A DNA stretch of 64,000 bases, taken from Ranitomeya imitator (Eukaryota). Location: NCBI RefSeq assembly GCF_032444005.1, contig NC_091285.1, positions 674,870,001 to 674,934,000 of the forward strand. The letters are read 5' to 3'. Within the stretch, counting starts at the first letter, position 1. Each line of letters starts with the position of its first letter. The notes below the pieces were generated by a model. It was not told where the DNA came from and searched no databases. It saw only the letters and a program-made list of their open reading frames with translations. The position numbers and the translations under genes are program-made. Shown one piece after another: positions 23,031-35,700 of the stretch.

Positions 23031-24519
23031 TTAAGTATGTTTTCTCTGCAATGTTGGAGCCTGCAGTCGTGCATCCATACTCTGAATCACATTGCCCGCA
23101 GTTTGGGCTGCACAAGATATTTTATATGATTTAGGCACTTTAATCCGAGCTGCACAAACATTTTGTGATGTTTCAGTGAGTTATGCCAGAACTTTATGCT
23201 TTGATGAAATGGGGCCTCGCTCGCTCACGTTTCCTGCTCCTCAAGAATATCCAGAATCCGACCTGTTCTTACCTTTGCTCTGATTCATTCCCATCTGAGC
23301 TCCCACGACGCTCCGCTCATCGGGCTCCCTGCTCCTGGTTACTGTATATGGTACTCTGATGTCCTCTATAATCTGCACACGCTCCCTCTGAACTGTACAG
23401 AGCTGCAGAATATGTTGGCGCCACATAAAAATTATTATTATGAACGTGTGGCCGGGCGGCATGAAAGATCGGCAGTTGTTCAACTCTGGTCACCTGCAAC
23501 ACGAGGGATTTGAATAAAGTTTGTAAAATAGGAAATGTTCGTACCGCCATCTGTGGAATTTGGTCAGGGGTGACTGACGCTGCTTAAAGGGATCCTCTGG
23601 GCATGATGGCACTGCAGCAAAGATGGTGTCGCTTCCCACAGGTGAAGCTGGGTCCCCCAGGGCTCCCGATGTTTGGCAATGATGGTGTGGTGCCGAAAAT
23701 AATCAAAGGACACAACATTGCAGTCTCTTTACCTTGATTACTGAAGGTAGACAGTGTCAGTCCAGGGTACCAGCAACAGCTGTTGGTGTGGTCCAGCTGG
23801 CCTGGAGGCAATGATGGATCCCTCCCCAGGTGGTTTGTAAGCCTTCCCTCTCATGCTTTGTGGCGAGTTCCTTGCTGCTTGTGGCTTCTGTCAAGGTCCT
23901 GTCCTGGGACAGTAACCCATATGGTGGGCAAAGCGAGCCTTTTTACAGGGTCTCTATCACGACCCTGGCTCTGTGTATTTCTGCACCTTCGGGTGTGGGT
24001 GTGGACAGATTACTTAAAATCTCCTGTCCTTCTGTTTCTGCTGTGGGACGTGAAGTACTACACAGCCTCGGGCTCCAGGTGTCCGGTTCCTGCGCTTCAG
24101 CTCAGAGGGTGCCCGGTTACAGTTCCCCTCCAGCTCCTTTACTTCTCCCCTCTGACACTTTCTATCAATGCAACCCATCTGGTTCTCTTCTCTGTCCTGG
24201 AGCTGCAGCACCACACGTGGCTGCACAGCCCCACTCTGCTCACACTCCTCACTCCACCACTGTCTGACTCCAACTCTCAAATGCCTAACTCCTCATCCAG
24301 ACCAGAATATATATCTACTGCATATATATCTATCTCTGAATCTGAGTTCCCCCTTGTGGCCTGGAATCAGAATGTGTGCATGTATGTACTACCTGTTAAA
24401 GGGATCCCCCTTACCCCCAGGCATGACATCACCCTCCCCAAAAGGAAGGCAACATCACTGTAACAACCGGGTACCCGGGTTGTTACATATGCACACCATC
24501 CAACCAGCATTACAGACTA

Positions 24520-25480
24520 TAACCACCATACCACCCCCTTATATTCCACACTGCACCCTCCACCCTCACACACACATTTCCCCCTCTCCACAATGTACCA
24601 ATAACCACTTCCTCCTCTCCACTGTAACCCTACAGACACATACACACTGCCCCTCTCCACACTGTATTCCCCAAGCACTGCTCCTTCACACTGTACCCCT
24701 ACTCTACTTCTCCACACTAATCTCATCCCTACACACTGCCCCCTCTCCACATGGTATCCACCAAACACTGCCCCCTCTCTCCACACTGTACCCCCCCACA
24801 CACTCTGCTCCCTGCCCAACTTAAGGACCCTCCACACTGTACCCTCCATACTGTCCCCTCTCCACACTGTACCCCAATACACACTGTCCTCTCCACACTG
24901 TACCCTCCATACTGTCCCATCTGCACACTGTACTCTCCATACTGTTCCCTCTCCACACTGTACCCCCCACATACTGTTCCCTCTCCACACTGTACCCCAA
25001 TACACACTGCCCCCTCTCCACTGTCCCCTCTCCACACTGTACCCTCCATACTGTCCTCTCTCCACACTGTACCCCCAACATACTGTTCTCTCTCCACACT
25101 GTACCCCAATACACACTGCCCCCTCCATACTGTCCCCTCTCCACACTGTACCCCCCACATACTGTTCCCTCTCCACACTGTACCCCAATACACACTGCCC
25201 CCTCTCCACACTGTATTCTCCATACTGTCCCCTCTCCACACTGTACCCCCCACATACTGTTCCCTCTCCACACTGTACCCCAATACACACTGCCCATCTC
25301 AACAATGTATTCCCTACAGTTCCTTCACACTGTACCGCCCACTCTACTTCTCCACACTGTAATCTCATCCATACATGCTGTCCCCTCTCCACTGCCCCCC
25401 ACACACACTGCCCCCCCCTCTCCGCACTGTACCCCCCACTCCATACTGTCCCCTCCACACTGAATCCCCTTCAATACAGA
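24520..25480. repeat. C-rich minisatellite, ~30-35-bp units
   Basis: CCCTCTCCACACTGTACCCCCCACATACTGTT variants. Confidence 0.92.
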
Positions 25481-26629
25481 CCCTCGCTCTGTACACTCAA
25501 CCACCCCCTGGACCCCCAGTACATAGTAAATCCCTTGTATCGAGTTTGGGGCATACGTCGGCTCCTTGGTGACACCACAGAGTAATGAGGCGACGCCCCT
25601 CTCGGCCATGGCAGCATCAGCACGCTCCTAGCGTCAATCCCATTTGTGTCCTTAAGACGAGACAATAATTGCATGCAGGGAATCGGTTTGCTGAACTGGC
25701 TGCCATTTTAACAACCGTTCTCTCACCTCCTGAGGAGATGCTGGATTTACCATGAAGACCAGCGGGACAGAATTAAAATAAAACAAACTTTCGACCCCCT
25801 TTGATCTGACACCACCCCTACAACTCGCTGCCCTAGACCACCGGGGCCTAGTGGACAATACGGCCCTGTATTGTGTCACCAAAGGATCCGTTCTATGTGG
25901 AATATACAATATTCCATAATTTCCCTCGGGATCAAAGTGCATCGTATCATATATTCCATAGAGATCGTCGCCATCTGGTGGCCAATGTCATGAGCTACAA
26001 TGATGATTGACAGCAGTGAAAAGGGCCAGGACTGTCCTCTCCTTGTTCCCTGCCCTGGGTCTGCAATCGGGAGATAATCCGAGCTGGACACACCAGTAAA
26101 GATGATTGATTAAAAAGCTCTCTCGCTTCTGCCGATCATATGATGGGATCCCAAAAACAGCGGAATCCAGCTGTGCTACACCGATTAATTTCCATAGAAG
26201 TGAACGGGACTTTGGCGCAGCTCCCGAGGTGAAGACACAGCGTTCCATGATTCCTATTCACTGCTATAGGAGATACAGCTGCGATCTGCTCCTTTCACAA
26301 CCTCATCCCTGGTGGCCGGGGGTTAGCAGTTACTCTAGTTGCGACCATGAAAGACGCAGATGGGACGGTTTACACCATAGATTAATATGGCTGTTTAGTG
26401 CGAAAACCTGACCGGCCCAAAACTCATGAAGACCCCAGATCTAAGTGAGTTTGTAGCCTAGTGGTCCTAAGGTATAAACATTTCTTGTCATGCTCCCTGG
26501 TGGCCCTGTGGTCTAAATATCCCTGGTAAGGTTTCCAGATCCTTGGTCGTCCGATGGTGTATCGCACACTGGTAATGCTGGCTGAACCCTTGTATTACGA
26601 TAGTTTAAATATTGCAGGTGATCTTTTCT

Positions 26630-27660
26630 GATTCCTGGTGGTCCAGTGGTCTACAAGTATTTGGCAGTTTTCTGATTCCTGGTGGTCCAGTGGTCTACAA
26701 GTATATGGCAGTTTTCTGATCCCTGGTGGTCCAGTGGTCTACAAGTATATGGCAGTTTTCTGATCCCTGGTGGTCCAGTGGTCTACATAGATGTGGCAGT
26801 TTTCTGATTCCTGGTGGTCCAGTGGTCTACAAGTATATGGCAGTTTTCTGATTCCTGGTGGTCCAGTGGTCTACAAGTATTTGGCAGTTTTCTGATCCCT
26901 GGTGGTCCAGTGGTCTACATCAATGTGGCAGTTTTCTGATCCCTGGTGGTCCAGTGGTCTACATCAATGTGGCAGTTTTCTGATCCCTGGTGGTCCAGTG
27001 GTCTACATCAATGTGGCAGTTTTTTGATCCCTGGTGGTCCAGTGGTCTACATCAATGTGGCAGTTTTCTGATCCCTGGTGGTCCAGTGGTCTACAAGTAT
27101 ATGGCAGTTTTCTGATTCCTGGTGGTCCAGTGGTCTACAAGTATTTGGCAGTTTTCTGATCCCTGGTGGTCCAGTGGTCTACATCAATGTGGCAGTTTTC
27201 TGATCCCTGGTGGTCCAGTGGTCTACATCAATGTGGCAGTTTTCTGATCCCTGGTGGTCCAGTGGTCTACATCAATGTGGCAGTTTTCTGATTCCTGGTG
27301 GTCCAGTGGTCTACAAGTATATGGCAGTTTTCTGATTCCTGGTGGTCCAGTGGTCTACAAGTATATGGCAGTTTTCTGATCCCTGGTGGTCCAGTGGTCT
27401 ACACAGATGTGGCAGTTTTCTGACTCCTGGTGGTCCAGTGGTCTACAAGTATATGGCAGTTTTCTGATCCCTGGTGGTCCAGTGGTCTACACAGATGTGA
27501 CAGTTTTCTGACTCCTGGTGGTCCAGTGGTCTACAAGTATTTGGCAGTTTTCTGATTCCTGGTGGTCCAGTGGTCTACAAGTATTTGGCAGTTTTCTGAT
27601 ACCTGGTGGTCCAGTGGTCTACATCGATGTGACAGTTTTCCGATTCCTGGTGGCCTCCAG
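26630..27660. repeat. Minisatellite, 44-bp unit (same family as 18050-20100)
   Basis: TTTTCTGATTCCTGGTGGTCCAGTGGTCTACAAGTATTTGGCAG x ~23. Confidence 0.97.
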
Positions 27661-28489
27661 CCATGACGGGTGTAACGATCCTTAGAAACTGGTGGCCATA
27701 CTGTAAGCCTGACATTTCTTGGGCCAGATGACTTCTCTGACCACATCGAGTCCTCAGGAGCCTCTGAAGGTCACCACCATCGGCAATCTTACAGGGATTC
27801 CGTTATTAAGAAATTACCTGTTATAATCAAATTTTGTTTTTTTTTTAATTACATGTATTGTTGTAATTTTTGGCCTTTTTTTTTTTTATATATATAATAC
27901 ATTTTTTTATTTATTTTTCCAGGTTCTAAACATTAAAACATTCATCGACCCAGAGAGGGAGAATCAGGACGTTACCGGATAAGATACGCGAGTCCGCAAT
28001 GGATATTGGAGCAAGAATAACAAAAGGTTCGGCCAAAATAGATTCCGCAAGAACCGAGTCATGAAGTAAACACTTAGGTCACCTTCATTAAAATTTGTAA
28101 GAAATCCGGGGGGGTGGGGGTTAAACCTGATTGGAAGGCGGAGCTTGATTAGGACCGGTAGCCTGGGAGAGTAACCAATCCAAATGACAGGACAAGGGGG
28201 TGGGACTTCAGTCATCCAATCTACGCTGAGCTCACTCTCCCGCTGTACTACTAGGCGGCATCATCAAGCAGAAGCGCCACACGGCCTCCAGACCGGCAGT
28301 GACCCCGTCAGTGAGTAGCACAGCCGGCGCACTGACCGTACTGCCAGGATCTGAACTTATTGAGGGCTTGTATGTGTGAAAACTATCACCCACATCCACT
28401 ACACTGAGCACCGCTGTATGCACATGTATGTGCTATCTCACACCCGCACCCCACCCATCTCCTGTATAGAGGCAGGCTCACTAATGCCA

Positions 28490-28920
28490 CATCACATGGC
28501 ATGGAGGACCGTGGGGCGAGCCTTAAACCAGATATGGAGGACCATGGGGCGTGCCCTATATCACAAGGAGGACTATGGGGAATGCATTATACTATACTGA
28601 GGACAATGGGGCACATTGTACTATATGGAGGCCTATGGGGTGTGCATTATACAATATGGGGGACTATGGGGTATATTATGCTATGTGGAGGACTATGGGG
28701 TATGCATTATACTATATGGAGGACTATGGGGTATTCCTTATACAATATTGGAGGACTGTGGGGTGCATTTTACAATATTGGAGGACTGTGGGGTGCATTA
28801 CACAATATGGGGGACAGTGTGGTGCATTATGCTTTGTGGATACTATGGAGTGTGCATTATACAATATGGAGGACTGAGGTGCACATTATAATATATAGAG
28901 GACGATGGGGTGTATTATAC
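28490..28920. repeat. Diverged ~31-bp minisatellite
   Basis: GGAGGACTATGGGGTGTGCATTATACTATAT. Confidence 0.85.
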
Positions 28921-29519
28921 TAAACAAGCAACATGCTGCCTATTCATCAAGTGATTGGATTGTTTATGTGGGAACAGAAATCCTTGTTCTCCGCAGCACA
29001 TCGCCGGTGTAAACTGCTGCTGCTGCTAACATGATACTGTGTGGGGACAGATTGATCTGCTAGTGATCGTTCTGTCCCCATCATGTGTAGAGGTCAGGAA
29101 AGAAGCGTAGAATGACTACAATATTGTTGACCACTCGCTTCACAGACTAAACTCAGCTCATGTAAATACAACCGGAATGTCTCTGTGATGGTGCAACATG
29201 TGAGCATTTGGCCCCCACTTTAAACTTTTGCCCAGGGCCCCTATTTGTCTAAAACCATAAAACCGGCCCTGGCCCCGGGCCAGAGAAATGTATGATCTGT
29301 GACATTTTTTTTTTAGCGTAATCCTCATTTTAGTTTTACTTCATAAAGCAATAGTAAATGTGAAAATAACCAACTTCAAAATATATCCAGAGAAATCAGC
29401 CTCTTTCTCCTCCCGGAATGATCTCTCAGTCTCAAAATCCTTAATTCTGTCTTCAGGGAAGTCAGAACGTTACATTACCGAGATAGGAAACGACAGTTGG
29501 AGCTTGTAAAATTCTATGG

Positions 29520-31180
29520 AGGGGGAGGGGCTAGAGGCAGACAGGGGGAGGAGCTAGACACCAAGGGAAAGGAGCTAGAGGCAGACAGGGGGAGGAGCTA
29601 GAGGCCAAGGGAAAGGAGATACAGGCCAAGGGAATGGAGCTAGAGGCAAACACAAGGGGAGAAGCTACAGGCAGACAGGGGGAGAAGCTAGAGGCAGACA
29701 GGGGGAGAAGCTAGAGGCAGACAGGGGGAGAAGCTAGACACCAAGGGAAAGGAGCTAGAGACAGACAGGGGGAGGAGCAAGAGGCCAAGGAAAAGGAGCT
29801 AGAGGCAGACTGGGAGGAGCTAGAGGCAGACAGGGGAGGAGCTAAAGGCCAAGGGAAAAAGCTAGAAGCAGACAGGGGGAGAAGCTAGAGGCAGACAGGG
29901 GGAGGAGCTAGACACCAAGGGAAAGGAGCTAGAGACAGACAGGGGGAGGAGCTAGACACCAAGGGAAAGGAGCTAGAGACAGACAGGGGAGGAGCTAGAC
30001 ACCAAGGGAAAGGAGCTAGAGACAGACAGGGGGAGGAGCAAGAGGCCAAGGAAAAGGAGCTAGAGGCAGACTGGGAGGAGCTAGAGGCAAACAAGGGGAG
30101 AAGCTGGAGGCAGACAGGGGGAGGAGCTAGACACCAAGGGAAAGGAGCTAGAGGCAGACAGGGGGAGGAGCTAGAGGCCAAGGGAAAGGAGATACAGGCC
30201 AAGGGAATGGAGCTAGAGGCAAACACAAGGGGAGAAGCTACAGGCAGACAGGGGGAGAAGCTAGAGGCAGACAGGGGGAGAAGCTAGAGGCAGACAGGGG
30301 GAGAAGCTAGAGGCAGACAGGGGGAGAAGCTAGACACCAAGGGAAAGGAGCTAGAGACAGACAGGGGGAGGAGCAAGAGGCCAAGGAAAAGGAGCTAGAG
30401 GCAGACTGGGAGGAGCTAGAGGCAGACAGGGGAGGAGCTAAAGGCCAAGGGAAAAAGCTAGAAGCAGACAGGGGGAGAAGCTAGAGGCAGACAGGGGGAG
30501 GAGCTAGACACCAAGGGAAAGGAGCTAGAGACAGACAGGGGGAGGAGCTAGACACCAAGGGAAAGGAGCTAGAGACAGACAGGGGAGGAGCTAGACACCA
30601 AGGGAAAGGAGCTAGAGACAGACAGGGGGAGGAGCAAGAGGCCAAGGAAAAGGAGCTAGAGGCAGACTGGGAGGAGCTAGAGGCAAACAAGGGGAGAAGC
30701 TGGAGGCAGACAGGGGGAGGAGCTAGACACCAAGGGAAAGGAGCTAGAGGCAGACAGGGGGAGGAGCTAGAGGCCAAGGGAAAGGAGATACAGGCCAAGG
30801 GAATGGAGCTAGAGGCAAACACAAGGGGAGAAGCTACAGGCAGACAGGGGGAGAAGCTAGAGGCAGACAGGGGGAGAAGCTAGAGGCAGACAGGGGGAGG
30901 AGCTAGACACCAAGGGAAAGGAGCTAGCGACAGACAGGGGGAGGAGCTAGACACCAAGGGAAAGGAGCTAGAGACAGACAGGGGAGGAGCTAGACACCAA
31001 GGGAAAGGAGCTAGAGACAGACAGGGGAGGAGCTAGACACCAAGGGAAAGGAGCTAGAGACAGACTGGGAGGAGCTAGAGGCAAACAAGGGGAGAAGCTG
31101 GAGGCAGACAGGGGGAGGAGCTAGAGGCCAAGGGAAAAAGCTAGAAGCAGACAGGGGGAGGAGCTAGAGGCAGACAAGGC
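29520..31180. repeat. Purine-rich compound minisatellite with a ~596-bp higher-order duplication, inside inverted MITE arms
   Basis: GAGCTAGAGGCAGACAGGGGGAG and GAGCTAGACACCAAGGGAAAG units; identical ORFs at 29885 and 30481. Confidence 0.93.
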
Positions 31181-31573
31181 ATTCCTTTGTCAAATTCTAC
31201 AACAGTTAGTTCTCCATAGAACTTTATAAGCACCAACTGTCGTCTCCTGTCTCAGTAATGGGAAATCTGAAAAATCACAGAAGAAAGATGATTTTACCCC
31301 TGAATTGAGAATAAAAGATCGGTTCTGAAGGAGGAAGAAGCAGATTTCTCTTCGCCTTCTGATAGGATATACAACAAAGTTTTGTAATCCCACTTAAAAT
31401 CAATAGTAGATGTGTAAAAAAATAATTAAAAAAAAACCCACACCCACCAGAATTTCAACACAGCTTGCAGATGGAAGATTATTTTTGATTATTATTATTT
31501 TTATCCTTTTCTTTATCTCAGTTTCATGCATGTACCGTAACCAGACGCAGGAGGCGGCCGTCATTCACCAGAA

Positions 31574-31579
31574 TTTATT
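31574..31579 (-). promoter_or_regulatory. Candidate arrb2 polyadenylation signal (AATAAA on minus strand)
   Basis: tttatt on the plus strand ~1.1 kb past the stop, near the end of the unique 3' sequence; other candidates are not excluded. Confidence 0.35.
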
Positions 31580-32700
31580 GCTCCTCACCAAATATTGGTA
31601 GCAAAAACGTAAAATAAAAAATAAAAGCTTTTTTTGTAGTTTTTTGTTGTTGTTTTTCTTTAAACCTGTGGAGCTTTATCGACAAGACAGAAAGATCATT
31701 TTTACATCAGAGGACAAAAATATATTACGACTCAAAGCAGAAAAAAAAAAAAAAGTTAAAAAACCAGGAGAGGACGGGGGCGTCTGGCACTGGCCAATTG
31801 TGCGAAGGTGGTTACAGAAGGGGCTGACAGATTGGGTGCTGAGCGACGGTGTGAGCGTGTGTCGTCCCTGCCTACAGTTCTGAGACCCCAGAATCCCCCT
31901 GTGCCCCTCCTGTATCAGCAGGACTCCAAATGCCTCAGTTCCTCTCCCTCCCCCCCCCCCCCTTAAAAAAAAAAAAAAAAAATCCAGTAAAATTTCATGA
32001 TCGCGACATAAAACTGGCCCTTAAGAGGGGCCCCGGAAATTGGCCCCCAGATCCTAATAATTCACAGCTGTTAGAATAAAATTAATTAAAAAAAGAAAAC
32101 CCTGCGGAGGCCTCTAGAAAGGTGCGAGAAGGCAGTGCAGTATTGTTACCTGTGCTGTGTGCGCGTACCGGGCAGGCCACAAGGACGCTTAAGGGAAAAT
32201 ACATATTTCCTATATAAAAAAACTAAAGTAAAAAAAACTAAAATAAAAAATGTATAAAAAAAAAAATCCCAGACACAAACAACAGGTGTGAACGCGCTCG
32301 TGTAGAAAGGTTTGATCGGTCGGTATAAACGAGACGTATAGAGTGACGCAATCACATTAAATGCCGCTTATGTACGTGATTGGCAGCATGGCCTCCTCCC
32401 CACCCCCCGCCCATCCCGCGTCCTATGTACAATCGTTCCGTCGTGGCCATGCACGCTCACTGCTCCCGATGTGCAGTGACGGAGCCTACGTTGTGGCGCC
32501 ACCTGTGTCTCGGTGCCCGGCGGCGCGTGCGTTTGCTATATACATACACCTGTACGCCGCCTGCCCTCGGCCACACTCTGAGCGCGTGCGATAAATCTGT
32601 AAGAGATTCCCCCCGTTGCAGGATTTAGGGGGGCGGACCCCAGCTCATGGCAAGAGGGCGGAGCCTCCAGTGACAGGGGGTGGAGCCTCTGCACGTTCGG

Positions 32701-32797
32701 CTAGCAGTAGGCTTCGTCGTCGTCCTTGTCGTCTTTCATTCCTTTCAGCCTCAGCCGGGCAAAGTCTTCAAATACGATGTCGTCGTCCTGAGGGAAA
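32701..32797 (-). CDS. arrb2: arrb2 exon 15 coding part ([31 protein letters not shown])
   Basis: ctgtccag acceptor; AP2-binding [10 protein letters not shown] motif; TAG at 32701-32703. Confidence 0.96.
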
Positions 32798-35700
32798 CTG
32801 GACAGAAGAGCAGACAATCAGCAGCGGGCAGAAGGCATCGCTCTAGGGTACAGAACAGTGACTGGCGGTGTTACAGAACCCCCCACCAAGAATGTTATAC
32901 AGTATATGTATGTATAATAGTTTCCATGTGAAATGCATCAGTCCATAGGCTGCGCCCCTGGACAAGATATTCTCTTTCTGACCTCCCCCCCACCTTTGTA
33001 ATTCCCACAGTAAATATCGGCAGGCTCCGGCCCCCTGCGGCTATTGTAATGTAGGTCTGGCCTGCTGTGTTCCTATTGGCCTGCCCTGTGTATCTGTGTT
33101 ATATATTCTGTGTGCTGTAAATAAAGGGTGTTCTTAGACTGGAAATACGTGGGGTAGCAGTCAGCTTTTATATGCTCTCATGTAATCAAGAAATTTCAGC
33201 CAGCGTCCTTCATTCAGAATCTACATTAAAAGCAGAGTGGACTTCCTGAAACACGGGGTGGTACTGAAAGAGGTACCCCAGCTTGGTAGACCCCGTTACA
33301 GGCGGTATTTCCCCCCGAAAATAACGTGACTAAGTGGAGGCGGAGGTAGAGAAGGGTTCACTTACTTGGTTTCAAATTCTATGAGATTTGTGTCCACCGG
33401 GACGTCTGTCTGCGGGAACTCTGGGAAGCAGAAGAAACAAAGACATGGACCCATGATCAGCTCTGACAATCCAGCAAGACTCGTTATTGAGCAAGAAAAC
33501 CAGTCCGGAGCCCCCCAGGACAGAAAAACAGGAGGAAAATCTGACCAGGATGGTCCATGCAACACGTTTACAAATGTCTCCCCACCTGTAGGTGCTGGAG
33601 TACGGAGGTAATACCATGCTCTCCCCACAAAATGGCAGCAGACACAAGTAGCAGCTCAGGGCAGAGCGGCACCGGTCAGTGGAGAGTGAGAAGGGGGAGT
33701 GAACGACACTCACCGGACAGTGGAGAGTGAGCGACACTCACCGGACAGTGGGAAGCGAGAGACACTCACCGGACAGTCGAAAGAGGGTAGGGGGAGCGAG
33801 CGACACTCACCGGACAGTGGGAGGGGGGAGCGAGCGACACTCACCGGACAGTAGACAGTGGGAGGGGGGAGCGAGTGACACTCACCAGACAGTGGGAGGG
33901 GGGAGCGAGCGACACTCACCAGACAGTGGGAGGGGGGGAGCGAGCGACACTCACTGGAAAGTGGAGAGTGGGTAGGGGGAGCGAGCGACACTCTCTGGAC
34001 AGTGGGTGGGGGGGGAGGCAAACAACACTCACCAGACATGGGTGGGCTGGCCGAAGTTTGTCCTCCACCACACTGTCTGAACAGGGTTTACTACAGCCCA
34101 CCCTCCGGATGGGGAGAGAGTGTGTTTGGCACCAGCAAACACAATCACCGGACAGGGATGGCGGGGGATTTGGGAGCTTACAAACTCACCGGACAGGGGC
34201 CGCGTCGCCGTCTCAGAGGGCTTTGGATGCATCAGGACAAAAGGCAGCTCCACCGCGACATCACTGGGGGGAGACATGACGGCGATATCAGCTCTGCGCT
34301 CACCACACACCCCACCTACAATGGCCGCAGTGGCCGAGCACTCACCCTCCACGGGACACCACCAGCTTCACCTTCACCTTGTAGGAGACCAGTATTCCCA
34401 GCACCTCCTTACTGGAGCCTTCCTTCACTCTGGAAGGAAACCAGGCAGAGGTTACAAGCCTCGGTCGCATTACGACCCCCCCACCCAGCCCGGTCACCAT
34501 GCAGCGGCCGCTCACATGGTACTTGACGCCAGGTTGGTGTCCTCGTGCTTCAGCTTCCCGTCCAGGGCCAGGCCCCTCTTCTCCCGGTTGCTGGACAGCA
34601 GGGGGGTGAGAGTGTAAACTTTACAGAACGTGGAGCTGGGGGCGACCTGGTCACTGGAAAGAAATGAGAACAGTGGTCAGAGAGCACAGGGGGCCGACGA
34701 GCAGACACGGCCGGGTACGGGGGGGCCGTACTCACTCCTGCTCTATCTGAGCCACTGGGCACTTGTACTGGGCTGTGCTGAAGAGACAGATGTCAGCGTA
34801 CTGCCGGACTGGAGGGGAAACACACAAGGGTTAATAAGACCACCGCTGCCATAGTGGATACTGCCGAGACCCCCACTGAGCACCAGAATGGGGAGTGTCA
34901 ATGGTCGGCGGGGTTCTCCTACAACGGCAGACTGCGCCACGTACCGGATACCTTCACCCTCTTCACCGTCTTGCTGGTGTTGTTGGTTACGTGCACGTTC
35001 ACATTGATGGGCTCCCCGTGGTAATACAGCTGGAAAGGCACACAAGCGTTAGTGGGGGGGGGAACGGGAAATTAAACATCCCATAATGCACCGGTGCTTG
35101 CCCCTCGGTACCTCCTTATCGAGCGAGGCCTCCAGGTGCAGGGAGCGGTCGGACATCAGGAAATGCCTGGTGGTCTCTGCTACGGGCTGCGGTCCGGCCT
35201 TCTCGGGGGCGAACTGCACCTTCCTGATGACCAGACGCACGGAGTTCCTAAAGAGGAGACACAGAACGACTTGTCTGATGGCGGCAACACGACCGCTTCT
35301 GCTATTCACCGCCGCGCTTTACACAGCTGAGCTCGTTACAATGGGTCCGCTCAGAAAATTCATTTCACACATTGTGTCCTCCGCCAAAGGATTGTAAAAG
35401 TAGAAAAATATACATTTCCCCTGAAACTGGGGCTTGGGTGTATCAGCCCCAGTTACAGGGGAGACGCCGCCTCCTGGGTGGATGGTAGAGCGGTCTGCTA
35501 TGCCACCCCGTAAAGCACAGCCAGTGTAGATCGCTCCCGACCCCCCACCCTCCCCGTCTAAGCTCCCATCCTCCCCGCACGCTTATTTTTACCTTACCCC
35601 CCCCCCCCCCCCCCGACGTCCTTCATGGAAGATGCCAGGAGGAAACAATAAAAGTGATCTCCCCTGCACAGGCCGTGCCGGCAACCAGATACGTGGGCGT

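Noticed and set aside
25600-26420. Unique sequence with several 70-100 aa ORFs
   Set aside because: No recognisable motifs, splice structure or MED11 similarity.
27920-28070. Exon-like segment after a strong ttttccag acceptor (VLNIKTF...RVMK*)
   Set aside because: It has an internal stop and no partner exon or known homology.
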